From: Cladosporium halotolerans
Taxonomy: Eukaryota
Reading direction: 5' to 3'
NCBI RefSeq assembly: GCF_011745625.1
Contig: NW_027191454.1
Coordinates: 372,001-436,000, forward strand
Length of the DNA: 64,000 nt
In this document: piece after piece, positions 23,001 to 34,260 of the stretch
How positions within the stretch are numbered: position 1 is the stretch's first letter
Layout: every line of letters starts with the position of its first letter
Notes under the pieces: model-generated
The model's database searches: none
Told to the model about the DNA's origin: nothing
What the model saw: the letters and a program-made list of their open reading frames with translations, nothing else
Program-made: the position numbers and the translations under genes

Positions 23001-23548
23001 CAGCTGAAGCGACTGCGGAAATCGGACCAAGTCCTAAAGACCGTCGTGTTCAGCCAATTTACTTCCTTCCTCGACCTCCTTGGACCTGCCTTGACCTCAG
23101 CTGGTATAACTTGGCTCCGCTTCGACGGCTCCATGTCCCAGAAAGAGCGTGCACGCGTTCTATCCGACTTTGCTAATCGACCCAAGTTCACAGTCTTGTT
23201 CCTCTCTCTCCGCGCAGGTGGTGTGGGTCTGAACTTGACATGTGCGAAGAGAGTCTTCATGATGGACCCTTGGTGGTCTTTCGCCGTCGAAGCACAAGCG
23301 ATTGACCGCGTGCACAGAATGGGCCAGACAGACGAGGTGAAAGTCACTAGGTTTGTCGTGGAAGGGAGTATCGAGGAGAAGATGCTGAAGGTAGGCTTGT
23401 CACAGACTCTGCATGTATTCAGCTTAAGATGCTAACAAATGAACAGGTTCAGGACCGCAAAAAGTTTCTCGCTTCATCGCTAGGCATGATGAGCGAAGAC
23501 GAGAAGAAGACGCAACGCATCGAGGATATCAGGGAGCTGCTCAGTTAG
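20013..23548 (+). CDS. RAD5: DNA repair protein Rad5 (HIRAN, SNF2 ATPase, RING); exons 20013-23390, 23447-23548
   Basis: HIRAN segment (IVRFTNGRGEEVGRL), GGILADEMGLGKT, ILDEAH, RING CPIC..CWHSAC..C..CFNC and QAIDRVHRMGQ. A 56-nt GTAGGC..GCTAAC..CAG intron restores the C-terminus VQDRKKFLASSLG..ELLS*. Confidence 0.97.
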
Positions 23549-23981
23549 GGACGAGCCGACGAAACCACGAGGGAGAGTAGTGGAGTCAAGACGCTGCTGC
23601 ATGTGCCAAATCGGGTCCAAGTCACCTTTTCGCGAACAACTCAGCATTCGCATACCCCGAGCGTGACGTTACAGAAGAACAGGCTGCTGATGGATCCCTC
23701 ACAAGACTGCACTTCCCCACGATGTGGAGAAAGCGGGGATAACTCTGATGATCTCGCGCCTCGATCCTTCTACCCGACCATTGGTTCTTCTCCAACTCCA
23801 ATGCGGGGATGCGTCTAGATCTCACGGTAAAATGATCTATAATTGCAAATACTAGATGGCCATGGCCGCATCAAATATAAGGCGCACGAGGGACGAGATC
23901 CTTGTACATCCTTGGACCCTTCCCACTCTCACAATCTTATCACTGTGAAATCTAGCTCAAGCTCACAACTCTCAGTAAACA

Positions 23982-25054
23982 ATGCCCATTCCTCCCATAA
24001 TCGCTTTTGACTACCTGTTTGCGCCCAATGCGCAGAAAGCGCGCAACTACCTCTTTCTTACCAAGACACCCTTCTCCATCTGCGAACAGCCTTTCGCCTT
24101 GCCACGCCCGGATCTCACCGGCCTGGGAATCACATACCGTCGCGTACCAGTATTGTGCATCGGCAAAGATGTCTTTCCCGACAACGCAAGTTTCTTGGCC
24201 GCTATGCAGGAGCTGTTGAAGAAAGAGAGCAAGGCGCTGAGAGAATCGCATCTGGACTCGGTGTACGAGGCTTGGGGCTATGTGAGTTCGCCCATGCCTC
24301 CATCTTACCCTATGATGTGAAGAGAGACAACCGGTGTACTGACTAAGACCAAAGCGTAGTTTCTGGCTCGCATTACCATGCCTGCCGGGTGAATTTATGA
24401 CGCCGCAGTTGGCAAAAGACCGTGCCAACCTGTTCCCTGTCTTCGCGAGAGAGGATTTCGGCAAGCTGCAGCCCAGCGCGAGGTCGGAGTTCAGGGCGTT
24501 TCTAGATGGTGCTGAAGAAGGTTTTCTGAGCAACACGACTGATGCGGCGCCTTTTGTCGGTGGCGAGAAGGAGGCTGGTATGGCGGATGTGTTTGCCGTT
24601 TGGATCATCAAGTGGTGGGTGGAGACGATTGGGTTGGCGGAAGAGACGGGGCACGGGAGGAATTTGTTTCCGAAGATGTGGAGATGGTGAGTCTATTGAG
24701 CAAGTGTGATACCCCTGAGAATGACTACGTTGCTGAAACCGCAATAATAGGCTCGAAAATATCCCCAAACAAGTCGATGGGGAGAAAGAACAAAAGAAAA
24801 TCCCTGTCGAGGAAGCCACAAAACAACTGCTTTCCTCGGCCTATGCAATGCCAGACATCGGCATTGACAAAAACGATACGCTGGGCTTGAAGGAAGGCGA
24901 AAGAGTCTCCATCGAGGCCTCAGATGCGGTGCCAGGAACCCATCCACAGTACGGGAAGCTTGTCGGCCTGAACAAGGCGAAGACTGTCATCGAGCTTGAG
25001 AACGGTCTGAGGATGCACTTCCCGAAAGTTGGTTATTTTGTGGAAAAGGCGTGA
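23982..25054 (+). CDS. glutathione S-transferase-like protein; exons 23982-24281, 24355-24686, 24751-25054
   Basis: FAPNAQKARNYL, LPRPDLTGLGITYRRVPVLCIGKDVFPD, ADV..WIIKW and C-terminal LRMHFPKVGY, joined in frame by two GTGAGT introns. Confidence 0.85.
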
Positions 25055-25305
25055 GAACGGTGATCTAATAACAGATTGGAGCCGGAGCTCCATAGAGTGA
25101 TGCTGTCTGCATACCATTTCCGTTGTCCCGCTTGCAGAGCTGACCTGCGAACGAGCGATTTCCAAATCGTTGGGAACACCTGATTATATTGGACTTTCAA
25201 CCATAGGTTGAGTTCAAGGTTGCTACACCTACAGACAGCCAAAAGGTATGTTTATCATACTATGAGATGGATGAGTACGTCGCTCCTGGATGTTGCAGCC
25301 ATGCC

Positions 25306-28300
25306 TTAAATGCTCATGACAAGGACGTCGGAAACCAAACCATACTCCTGAGCTGGTGGCAAGGGGCCCAATGCAAGAGTCCCACTGCTCCTCAGCCGGC
25401 TCCAGTGAGGTCTGACCGCATTTCCAAGCGTAGTTGCTACGACTACCTGGACCTCGTTCTCACCGGCTTTGAGATACTTGGAGATGTCGGCGACGGCATG
25501 CGTTGGATCCAGAGGTGGAAGTTGATATCCGTTAACCCAGGCGCGGGCAGTGTTTATGATGGCACCAAAGTCGAGAAGCGCACCGTCGGCCTTGCCTTCC
25601 GCTGGTGGCCAAGAGAAAGTCGTGTTGTAGAAACCACGCCCTGAGACATTGAACAGGGAATCGGAAATGGCATTCCACGATTGGAGCTCTTGAAGCTGCC
25701 ATGTGCTGTTGGTCTTGAGCGATTGAGTCTGATCAGCGTAAATGTCCTCTGGAGCGCTCCAAGATTCGATGATGAGGGTCCAAGACGTCAAATTGAGTGC
25801 TGAGCTCGTGCCGTAATCAATCTCAGAGTGTTTTGGGGGTTGCAAAGTGTTGGCATATCCGCTTGGTGCCGACCAGCCACCGGACATTGAGCTTGCAGAT
25901 CCATAAGCCTTTGCACTCTCGTTGTGGTGGAAGCCAATAATTGCGCTCTGGTTACCCGCAAGCATCAATGGAATGGTGATAGAGTCGTTTCTCTGCTGAT
26001 ACTGATCGATAGACTTTGTCTCGCCAGTCCAGGCATCATAGAAGTATGGCACGCCAGTTGTCTCGAAGGTGACACTTCCATTTGAACCGCCGAGACCGAA
26101 TTCTTCGTCCCAAGCGTCGTTGTACACGAACACATAGGTCTTTGCTGCCTTCTGATCCTCACGCCAGTAGGTGTACCATATTCTGTCAGCGTCGACTTGA
26201 GTGCGTGGTGCGAGTCCCAGCGATTTGAGTGATGCCGACAGATTCTCGGCAGGCATCTCGTGAACATTGTCCAGCTCGGTAAGAGAAGCCAAGGCTGATT
26301 TGACGTAGGAGGATCCGCTCGCATTGTATCCGGACAGGTTGAAGGGCATTCCGCCGGAAATGATGATTGGCAAGCCTGAGTGCGCATATTCTGTGAGCTT
26401 CTGCACACCTCCGACCGTCAAAGTGTCGTTGCCACGGAGCACGAACGCCTTGAAAGCCTGACGAGCTGGCGCGAGCGCTTTATTTGATACGTATGCCTCT
26501 GGCTCGACGACAAGATTGTCAGGACTAAGGTATTCGTAGGACCATCCTTAAAAACTTAGCGGTGTGCTGCACGAATTACCTGGTCAATCCTACCGTCTTC
26601 TATCAAATCGTTCGGATTGTACTGCGAGGCCTTGTCGAAGAACTGAGACTTCTTCAACCAAAAGGCTAGATCGATTTTGGGGATTCCGCTTTGAGATATG
26701 TACTGAACGCGAGCGGTCCAGTTCATGAACTCATCGTAATACTCCCAGGTTGGCTGCCTCGGACCGTGCATATTTGAGAAGCGGTAAGCAAAGGTGGTGT
26801 AACCGGGCCAAGTCGTGTTAGGGTAAGAACCAGAGAAGGTATATCCGTGATATACCTACCGCCTTGTTAGCGTCGAAGACCTCACAATTAGGATGTAGAA
26901 ACTTACAAAGTTGTTGATCGAGCCGACGATTGAGCGTTTGACATCCCAAATTAGATCCGTCATAGTCTGACTGTACGGTTCATTACGCTGAGCGCCAAGC
27001 TCAGACGATATAACTCGCTTGCCTGCTAAGTTGGCTGGACCAGCAAACTGTCTATACGCGTCGATTACGTGATTGAAGCCAAGTGACTCGGTCTCAGGAC
27101 CGTTGACTGCCGGAATATTGGCGAGCATGTCCATGGGTAGATTGTACACCACTTGCGCGGAGTATTGAGACTCGAGTGCATCTCTAGTCCAGTTGACCAA
27201 GGTCTGGAGATAGATCTTGTTGAGCTCCGTGAGCTACGGACTGTCAGTGGATCTCATGGTAATTTCAGTAATGCCATGTACTCTTCACTCACCGTCTGTC
27301 TGTAATCATCGACGTGTGCTTGGCCTTGATCAACCTCGTCGGTCAAATACCAGTGCGGCGAAGCGAGAGGCGCATCCGATTGCGCGTTAGGATAATAGAT
27401 CAGCGGAAGGTACTTGCGAATGCTGTATCCGCGGGCCTTCTCAAAAGCCTCGACTAGTGCAGGTGTCCACCAGACCAAGATGCTGTTTCCAAATTCCATC
27501 GAATCTTCCCATCCATAGTTTCCCACTTCCCGAATCAGTTCCCTGGTGTTGTTGTAGTCAAGGAGGTAATTCTCCCAGAAATCGATGACAAGTTGCGCTC
27601 CCTTTACCGAGAAGTGATCATTGAATCTTGAGCCATTTTGCAAGAACGATGTGACCGGAGACTGCGGGACAGTGGTGTTGAGATACAACGGAGATTGTTG
27701 AGCTAGGCCGATGGTGTGGTTCTGATAGTATGCGAAGAGCTGATACTCAATGCCGTTTGCTGAGGAAGGGAAGCCGAGGCTGATGCTTCCATCTTCGCCG
27801 ACCTGATCGGTCACGTCGGTAAGGGTTTCAGCTGCCAAGGTGTAACGAGATCCACTGTAGTTTTGACTGAGGAAAGCAGGCGCTGCCTTGAGTTGAACAG
27901 GTGTGCTATCAACCACGAGCGCAGTTGATGCAGAGACAAGCTCTCCTGTACCCCAACCGGGAAGGACATCACTGTAAGAGCCACCCAGAGGAATCGAAAT
28001 ATTGAATGGTTGAAGATTCCACATGACACCGTCATCGTTCGGCTCTGCTGGAACGCCTGATCCTTGGTTAGGACCTAGGGCGAAGTCCATGATGAGGTTG
28101 TGGTCTTTCGTGGCCTGCAAAGCAACCTCGGTCAACTCCTCTGAGATGCATTAGCTGCTGTACACATCCCAAGATACTTGTCAGCCGAGACTTACTCCAC
28201 GCATCAGATGCCCACCCATACTTGGTCCAATCTACTGGTACTGGCCCGCCCTCCTGTACGACAGATGGATAGTTGCCATACAAGTAATAGCCCAGCAACT

Positions 28301-28579
28301 CCATGCCACCAAGACCAGCTTGTTTGATAAGGGCAAAGTCATTTGCGACTTCGCTAAGATTAACAGATGCATCAGGCACCCAGTATCTGGGATTGGGCAT
28401 TAGACTTGTCTGAATTGCTCTCCATAATCAAATTCACACCTGAATCTTGGTCTGACGTTGGACGATGGATCTTGGAATGTTCCAAAAGGAATATCAGGAT
28501 TGACTTGATCATCCGAAATGCAAGCCAGTACCGTGCTGGCACACAATGCCGCCAGGACCGTCCTCTCGAGCGTCAACAT
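25306..28579 (-). CDS. secreted glycoside hydrolase, GH106 (alpha-L-rhamnosidase-like), multi-exon
   Basis: Signal-peptide-like start MLTLERTVLAALCASTVLA. Motifs FQDPSSNVRPRFR/YWVPDASV, GLGGMELLGYY, MDFALGPNQG, WEDSME and PETESLGF..ISSELGA, and a C-terminal beta-sandwich (LDFG..ARAWVNG..LKAGENEVQV). Spread over several ORFs. Confidence 0.8.
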
Positions 28580-29119
28580 GGCCTGCTGAACAATAGAGAA
28601 TATGTAAAAATTTTCCGTCAAGTCGAAGTAAACAGGCCCTGAAGTCACTGATATACCCTATTCAATGACGCCTGTCCTAGGGTCGATTTGCAGGCATTGA
28701 ACCGAGCTGCGCAATACATGCTTTCTCCGCCTTGATGTCAACAGGGTTGTGATGCGGGGAGGGAGACTATCAAACCAAACCCTACGCTATGCCAGGGACG
28801 CCTCAAGTTTGTTTGAAGGACTGACCCATTGTTGTACAAGATCGCCGCGCCCACACGAGGTTCTCCACAACCCGAAGTAGGGTCACTCGGACTCTCGGGT
28901 CAATGATGTCGGAAGATGGTTTTGCCTAGCCCATACTGTAACTTCGTTGAAGTGGGGGACTTGACCGAGTGGAATAATTGGATGTTACCCGCGTTTATGT
29001 GGACGCAGCAAAAGAAGTAATTTGCTGATGAATACATTAGATTGGGTTGCCGATTGATTGAGCCGGACTGAAAATGTTGTTAAGCTATATAATTGTCGGT
29101 TTTTCTCCCCATGCATTGA

Positions 29120-29139
29120 GACCCATCACGTGATGGGTC
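29120..29139. promoter_or_regulatory. perfect 20-bp palindrome GACCCATCACGTGATGGGTC with a CACGTG core
   Basis: Self-complementary; ends 3 nt before the tRNA-Ser 5' end. TATATAA lies at 29086-29092. Function is inferred only. Confidence 0.5.
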
Positions 29140-29142
29140 ACA

Positions 29143-29333
29143 GGCACTTTGGGTAAGCTTGCATCAAGCCGCCAAAATGTCACAACAGCGATTAACAATT
29201 TCTCCAGCGGAGTGGTTAACGCGCTGCCCTGCTAAGGCAGTTCCGTAAGTGGTGCCTCAGACATCAGTTGTCAACTTGCACGTCCTAACAGTTCTCCAGT
29301 TCGGGAGCGTGTGTTCGAATCACACAGGTGTCG
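29143..29333 (+). tRNA. tRNA-Ser(GCT) split by two spliceosomal-type introns; exons 29143-29152, 29208-29244, 29300-29333
   Basis: Spliced 81-mer: GGCACTT-TG-GCG-GAGTGGTTAA-CGC-G-CTGCC-CTGCTAA-GGCAG-T-TCC-TTCG-GGA-GC-GTGTG-TTCGAAT-CACAC-AGGTGTC-G. All stems pair, with a long variable arm and G73 as expected for Ser. T-tracts follow downstream. Confidence 0.9.
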
Positions 29334-29895
29334 AGACCTTACTTTTTCTATCCCTTTTTTTGCTTTGCTCTTCGACATGTTCCAAGTCAGTGATTGAACC
29401 TCGATCGTGATCAAATACGTCTTTAGCTTCTTCTGAGTAGACGTTTTTGCGTTGCTCTGAGATGGAACCACAAAGCTGGCTTGTCCTGAAGTTCGTGATT
29501 GCACCACAAGAAAGACTTGCACCCTGAGATTGCCTTATAGTAATTGTCTTTACTACAATTGGAAAACTAAGACACGGCCAGAACGTGCTTTCCAGCGTCT
29601 TGGGAGGCCATCGATCTCCTTATGTGGTCTTGTCACACATAGGAGTACGGCAGGCGATGCTACGAAATTTCGATGCGAGGAAACAACGGCAGATTGAGAC
29701 TGTATACGCACAGTGGTGCGATCAGGTAAGAATATCGAAATACGGCTAGAGATCGAATGAGAACGCAGAGAGAAGAAGAGAGAAGTAATTGCTCTGCCAT
29801 ATGCAGGCGTATTTTTCAACGGGTATCTGTTTGGGAAGCCGCCCGCCGCGGTCAGCTATCTATATCGTCACGCATGCCAGAACAAGGAAGACACT

Positions 29896-31684
29896 TCAGC
29901 TGGTCTTCGGTGCCTCAGCAGCGGCCTGGTCGAGGCTCATCTCGTTCAGGCCAGCGGTAATGGACGCGCTGGCGCCAGCTTTTCCAATCCTCTGCTTCAC
30001 CTCTTGCTCAAGGTTCGCCAGCTCGACCATCACGCCCTCCTTTTCAGGGTGACCCTCGGGCAGACCCATCTCCTTGATCTTGCACTTGCCGGCATTGAGC
30101 TCCTCGTCGCCGAGAATGACGGCAAATGGGACGCCGTTGACTTCTGCGGCCTTGAATTGCTGAGGAAGCTTGGGCTTGACTTTCCAGCTGAACTCGGCCT
30201 TGATACCTGCGTCCCAAAGCTTTCGAGCGACCTCCATGCGCTGAGTGAGAAGACCGTCGAAGCCCTTGCCGCCAAAGGCCATGACGTAGACATCAACCTC
30301 GTTGCTCCTGATGGACGCAGCGGCGGCATCAGCTGCGAGACGCTGCTTGGTAATGCTGAAGATTCTTTCCACACCGAACGAGACACCAACACAGGGCACC
30401 TGCTGCTTGCCGCTGAACATGCCAACGAGGTTGTCGTAACGGCCACCAGCAGCCACGGAGCCGACACCAACACTAGGGTCGTTAGACCTGTCTTCCTCGC
30501 CATCAGCAGGCTTTCCGGGCTTCGAGTCCTTCTTGCCCGCCTGCTGTAGCTTCTGACCTTCGCTAGTCTGTGGTGCCGAGCCCTCGGTGACAATCTCGTA
30601 GATGACGCCGGTGTAGTAATCAAGGCCTCTGGCCAACGACATGTCGAAGGAAACACGGTCGAGAACTTGGAAAGCTTCCAGGTAGCCGAAGAGGAGAGCA
30701 GCATCCTCGAGTCCCTGCTTCGCCGATGCATTCGCGACAAGCTTCTCGTCCGCACGCAGTTTCTCCAGAAGGTCCCTGCCTCCCTTGAGCACCACGTACT
30801 CTCCTATCCGGTCTGCGACCTCGCCCTCCAATCCCTTCTCTTCAGTCATCTCTCGACGGACCTCCTCCCATGGTGACTTGTCCAGCTTGTCCACAGCCGA
30901 GCTGATTGTTCTGATCTTGTCCGCGGGAACACCGCACACCTCGAAGATACCGTCCAGAATCTTGCGGTGGTTGAGCTTGATTGTGTACCTTCCCTTCCAT
31001 CCGAGCGCCTCGAAAATCTCGCAGGTAATCCTCATGATCTCAGCATCGGGAAGCATAGAGTCGTAGGTGCCAGCAATGTCGAAGTCGCACTGGTAAAATT
31101 CGCGCATGCGACCCTTGGTCATTGCAGGCTGATCTCTGCGGTAGACCTTGGCGATGTGGTAGCGTTTGATGCTCTGGACATTGGAGTTCATGGCGAGCCA
31201 ACGAGCAAAGGGGACAGTGAGGTCGTATCGGAGGGAGCAGAGCTCGCCGCCTTGGTCGGCAAGGTCGTAGATGAGCTTGCTGTCCTCGCCATATTTGCCA
31301 GCAAGGATTTCCTTTAGCTCAAATACAGGTCTACAGGGTTGTGTCAGCAAGATGTCCCAGGTGCATATTGTCTGGGTCATTAACCAACGTGTCAATGGTA
31401 ACACCACCGTGGCGCTTAAAGACTTCGGTGATGGTGCTGAAGATCTTCTCGCGAATGACCATGTCCTTGCCATCCCAGTCCTTGGTTCCCTTGGGCACCT
31501 TCAGGACGTAGCCGCCGCCCTTGCCATCCTTGTCCTTGCCCATGTCTTCTTCTGTTTCCGCGAATGTGTGGCAGTGTTTGGATTGGTAGTGTGAAAACGG
31601 CGAACGTCTTACTAGAAGAGATCGTGAGAATTCAAATGCTGAAACAGAATGAAAAGGGCGCGGGAAGGAAGAGAGTCGGCGCAT
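29896..31684 (-). CDS. HTS1: histidyl-tRNA synthetase; intron 31388-31331; upstream ATG 31684 (mitochondrial form), downstream ATG 31543 (cytosolic form)
   Basis: [57 protein letters not shown] and [13 protein letters not shown]. Confidence 0.97.
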
Positions 31685-31913
31685 GCAAGCGATAGTAGTC
31701 ACGGCGGGGCACAAGTGGGCGGCGGGTGTTTTGCGCATCCCACCTTTTGCTCGACTCACCTAAAATCTTCGGCCACCAGCCGCCGGCCAGCCAAACCCGC
31801 GACCCGACGTCAGGCAAGAGTGACGCGCCAAGCGCGGCTTCACTCCGCGTTCGACGCCGCCAACTACACCTCACGGGCTCGTATAGGTTGGTATTTACCA
31901 ACAAGAAGATGTG

Positions 31914-34260
31914 ATGGCGGCCCATTCAGCCGTGAGGGCGATAAACTCTCAAGAGATTACTGAAAAAGCACGGCGAGATCTACTCCATTTGCTGGAAGGT
32001 GTATGTAAGACCGCCGGAGATCTTTCTTGAGGATCTTGGTCGACTGACGCCATCCAGGTTCGAGGCAAGAAGAACCTGGTCATTGAGAAGTCTCTGGCCG
32101 GAACGATTGGTCTTTTCGTTAAGTTCAGTACGCTGCAAGAGTACGGCGTCGACAAGGTCTTCTTTCTCGAGAACCACAACGTCGACGCCAGCCAGCGCAA
32201 TGTGGTGTTCCTCGTCCGAGGCGAGAATGCGAAGAAGGCGAGGATGGTAGCCGGTATGCACGCTTTTCATTTTGTCTCCTGCTCGATAACCAGCTTCACT
32301 GTTGCCCCGTACACTACCGCAATGCTGGCCAGGGACTCCAAGAAGAACGAACAGATCCCATTCCTCCCACCCTGGCCGTTCAAGTTTGAGTCCCAGATCG
32401 AACTTTCTTAATCGTTTGCCAAAACGCCAGCATATCACATCACCCACCAAGATATGATCCATGACTAGGGAAGGGTCTAAATGCATGCTCACATTCATCC
32501 CATCCGTGCTTTAAACCTTATTGCGTTGCTACGAAGTGTAACTGACGAGAACAGAGCAAATCAGACTAGTCAGAAGCGAATCTCAAACCGACCATGACTT
32601 CACTGTCATCTGGGTCCCTCGAAGGACACTAGTCAGCAACACCATTCTGGAAGAGCATGGCGTACTCGGTGAAGCTAACATCGCCGAGCTTCCGCTGCAC
32701 TTTATTCCTTTGGAGCATGACCTGCTGTCGCTAGAATTGGAGAATTCTTTCAGTGACTTGATGCTGAGGAAGGATCCTACATGTGTGTGGGCTGCCGCAC
32801 GAGCTTTGATGCTTTTGCAGAAGCAATACGGCTTGTTCCAACGGATCCTCGGGAAAGGCGACAATGCCCAAAGGCTTGCAGACCTCCTTCAGCGCATGAG
32901 AAGTGAAGAGGACGTCAACGCGTCTTCCGACCCTAACAACTCTACTCTGACCTCATTTGGCTTGACCCCAAGCTCTGTGGTTGAGAACCTGATTATCGTA
33001 GATCGCGAAGTTGACATGCCTACCGTCCTGAGCACGCAGCTCACATACGAAGGCTTGTTGGACGAGGTTTTCGGCGTTGCCAACAACCAGACAGAAGTCG
33101 ACTCGTCAGTGCTAGGTGGCGCCTCGGCCCCACGTCCAGACCGTAACAGCTCACCTGCGCCGACCGCTGCCACCAAACGAAAAATCCACCTGGACTCGAG
33201 CGATAAGCTGTATCCGTTGCTCAGGGATAATAACTTCGCAACGATTGGTCCGACGCTCAATCGAACGGCACGACGACTTCAGTCAGATCAGCAGAATATC
33301 AAACAATCGGATCAGTCGATCGCAGACCTCAAGACATTCGTTTCGAAACTGCCAGCTCACCAAGCCGAGTCAGCGTCTCTCAATACGCACACGTCGCTAG
33401 CGCAGGAGATCATGAAGTTCACTCAGTCTGAGATATTCGGGCGATCACTGGAGGTGCAGCAAAACCTTCTCGCCGGAGCGGATCCCTCTACCATGCACGA
33501 TAATATTGAAGAACTTATCGCCCGAGGCGTTCCTTTCCGGGCCGTACTTCGACTCCTGTGCTTGGAAAGCTGCCTGAACAACGGCATTCGATCTCGAGAC
33601 CTCGAGTCTTTCAAACGGCAAATTGAGCAAGCCTATGGATACCAACATGTTCTCACCCTTGCTAACCTGGAGAGGATGGGCATACTTGTCCCACGAGAAA
33701 GCCACCGAGGCTACCTCAATCCCATAGCTAGCACTGCAGGCTCCACGACTACAGACACGAACGCCCTTCGACGTGCTCTGAGTCTCTGGATCGACGACAT
33801 CGCCGAGGCTGACCCCGACGACATCGCATACACTTTCTCCGGCTACGCTCCCATCAGCGTACGCCTTGTGCAAGCTGTCTTACAGAAGTCGCACCTACAC
33901 AACCTTGCTAACCCGCCCAAGCCGGGCGCACCCAGCAGTGCGCCCTCGGGCACTGGCTGGAAAGGATTTGAAGATGTCTTGTCGCGCATTCGTGGCGCCA
34001 CGGTAGATGTCACGCAGAAGGGCTCTGATGCTGATGCAAGTGCTGCCAGGAAAACTCTTCGTGGGAGCAAGGAGGGCCCCAAGACGACTGTCGTCTTTTT
34101 CCTCGGTGGTGTCACTTTCGCTGAAATTGCTGCGCTGAGATTCGTTGGGCAGCAGATTGGGGAAGCAACCGGGCGACGGCTGGTGATTGGCACGACGTCT
34201 ATCATCAGCGGCGATCGCGCGATGGCCGTTGCGGAAGAGAAACGCAAGTTTGGAGAGTAG
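31914..34260 (+). CDS. VPS33: Sec1/Munc18 family vacuolar protein sorting Vps33; exons 31914-32000, 32058-32253, 32555-34260
   Basis: Spliced N-terminus ARRDLLHLLEGVRGKKNLVIE..LQEYGVDK..WVPRRTLVS..PLEHDLLSLEL; later TQLTYEGLLDE, FSGYAPISVRL and VFFLGGVTFAEIAALRF. Confidence 0.93.

Noticed and set aside
29208..29333. Reading the Ser locus as a 5'-truncated tRNA pseudogene
   Set aside because: The missing acceptor strand GGCACTT is present at 29143 and pairs fully with AGGTGTC once the GT-AG segment is removed.
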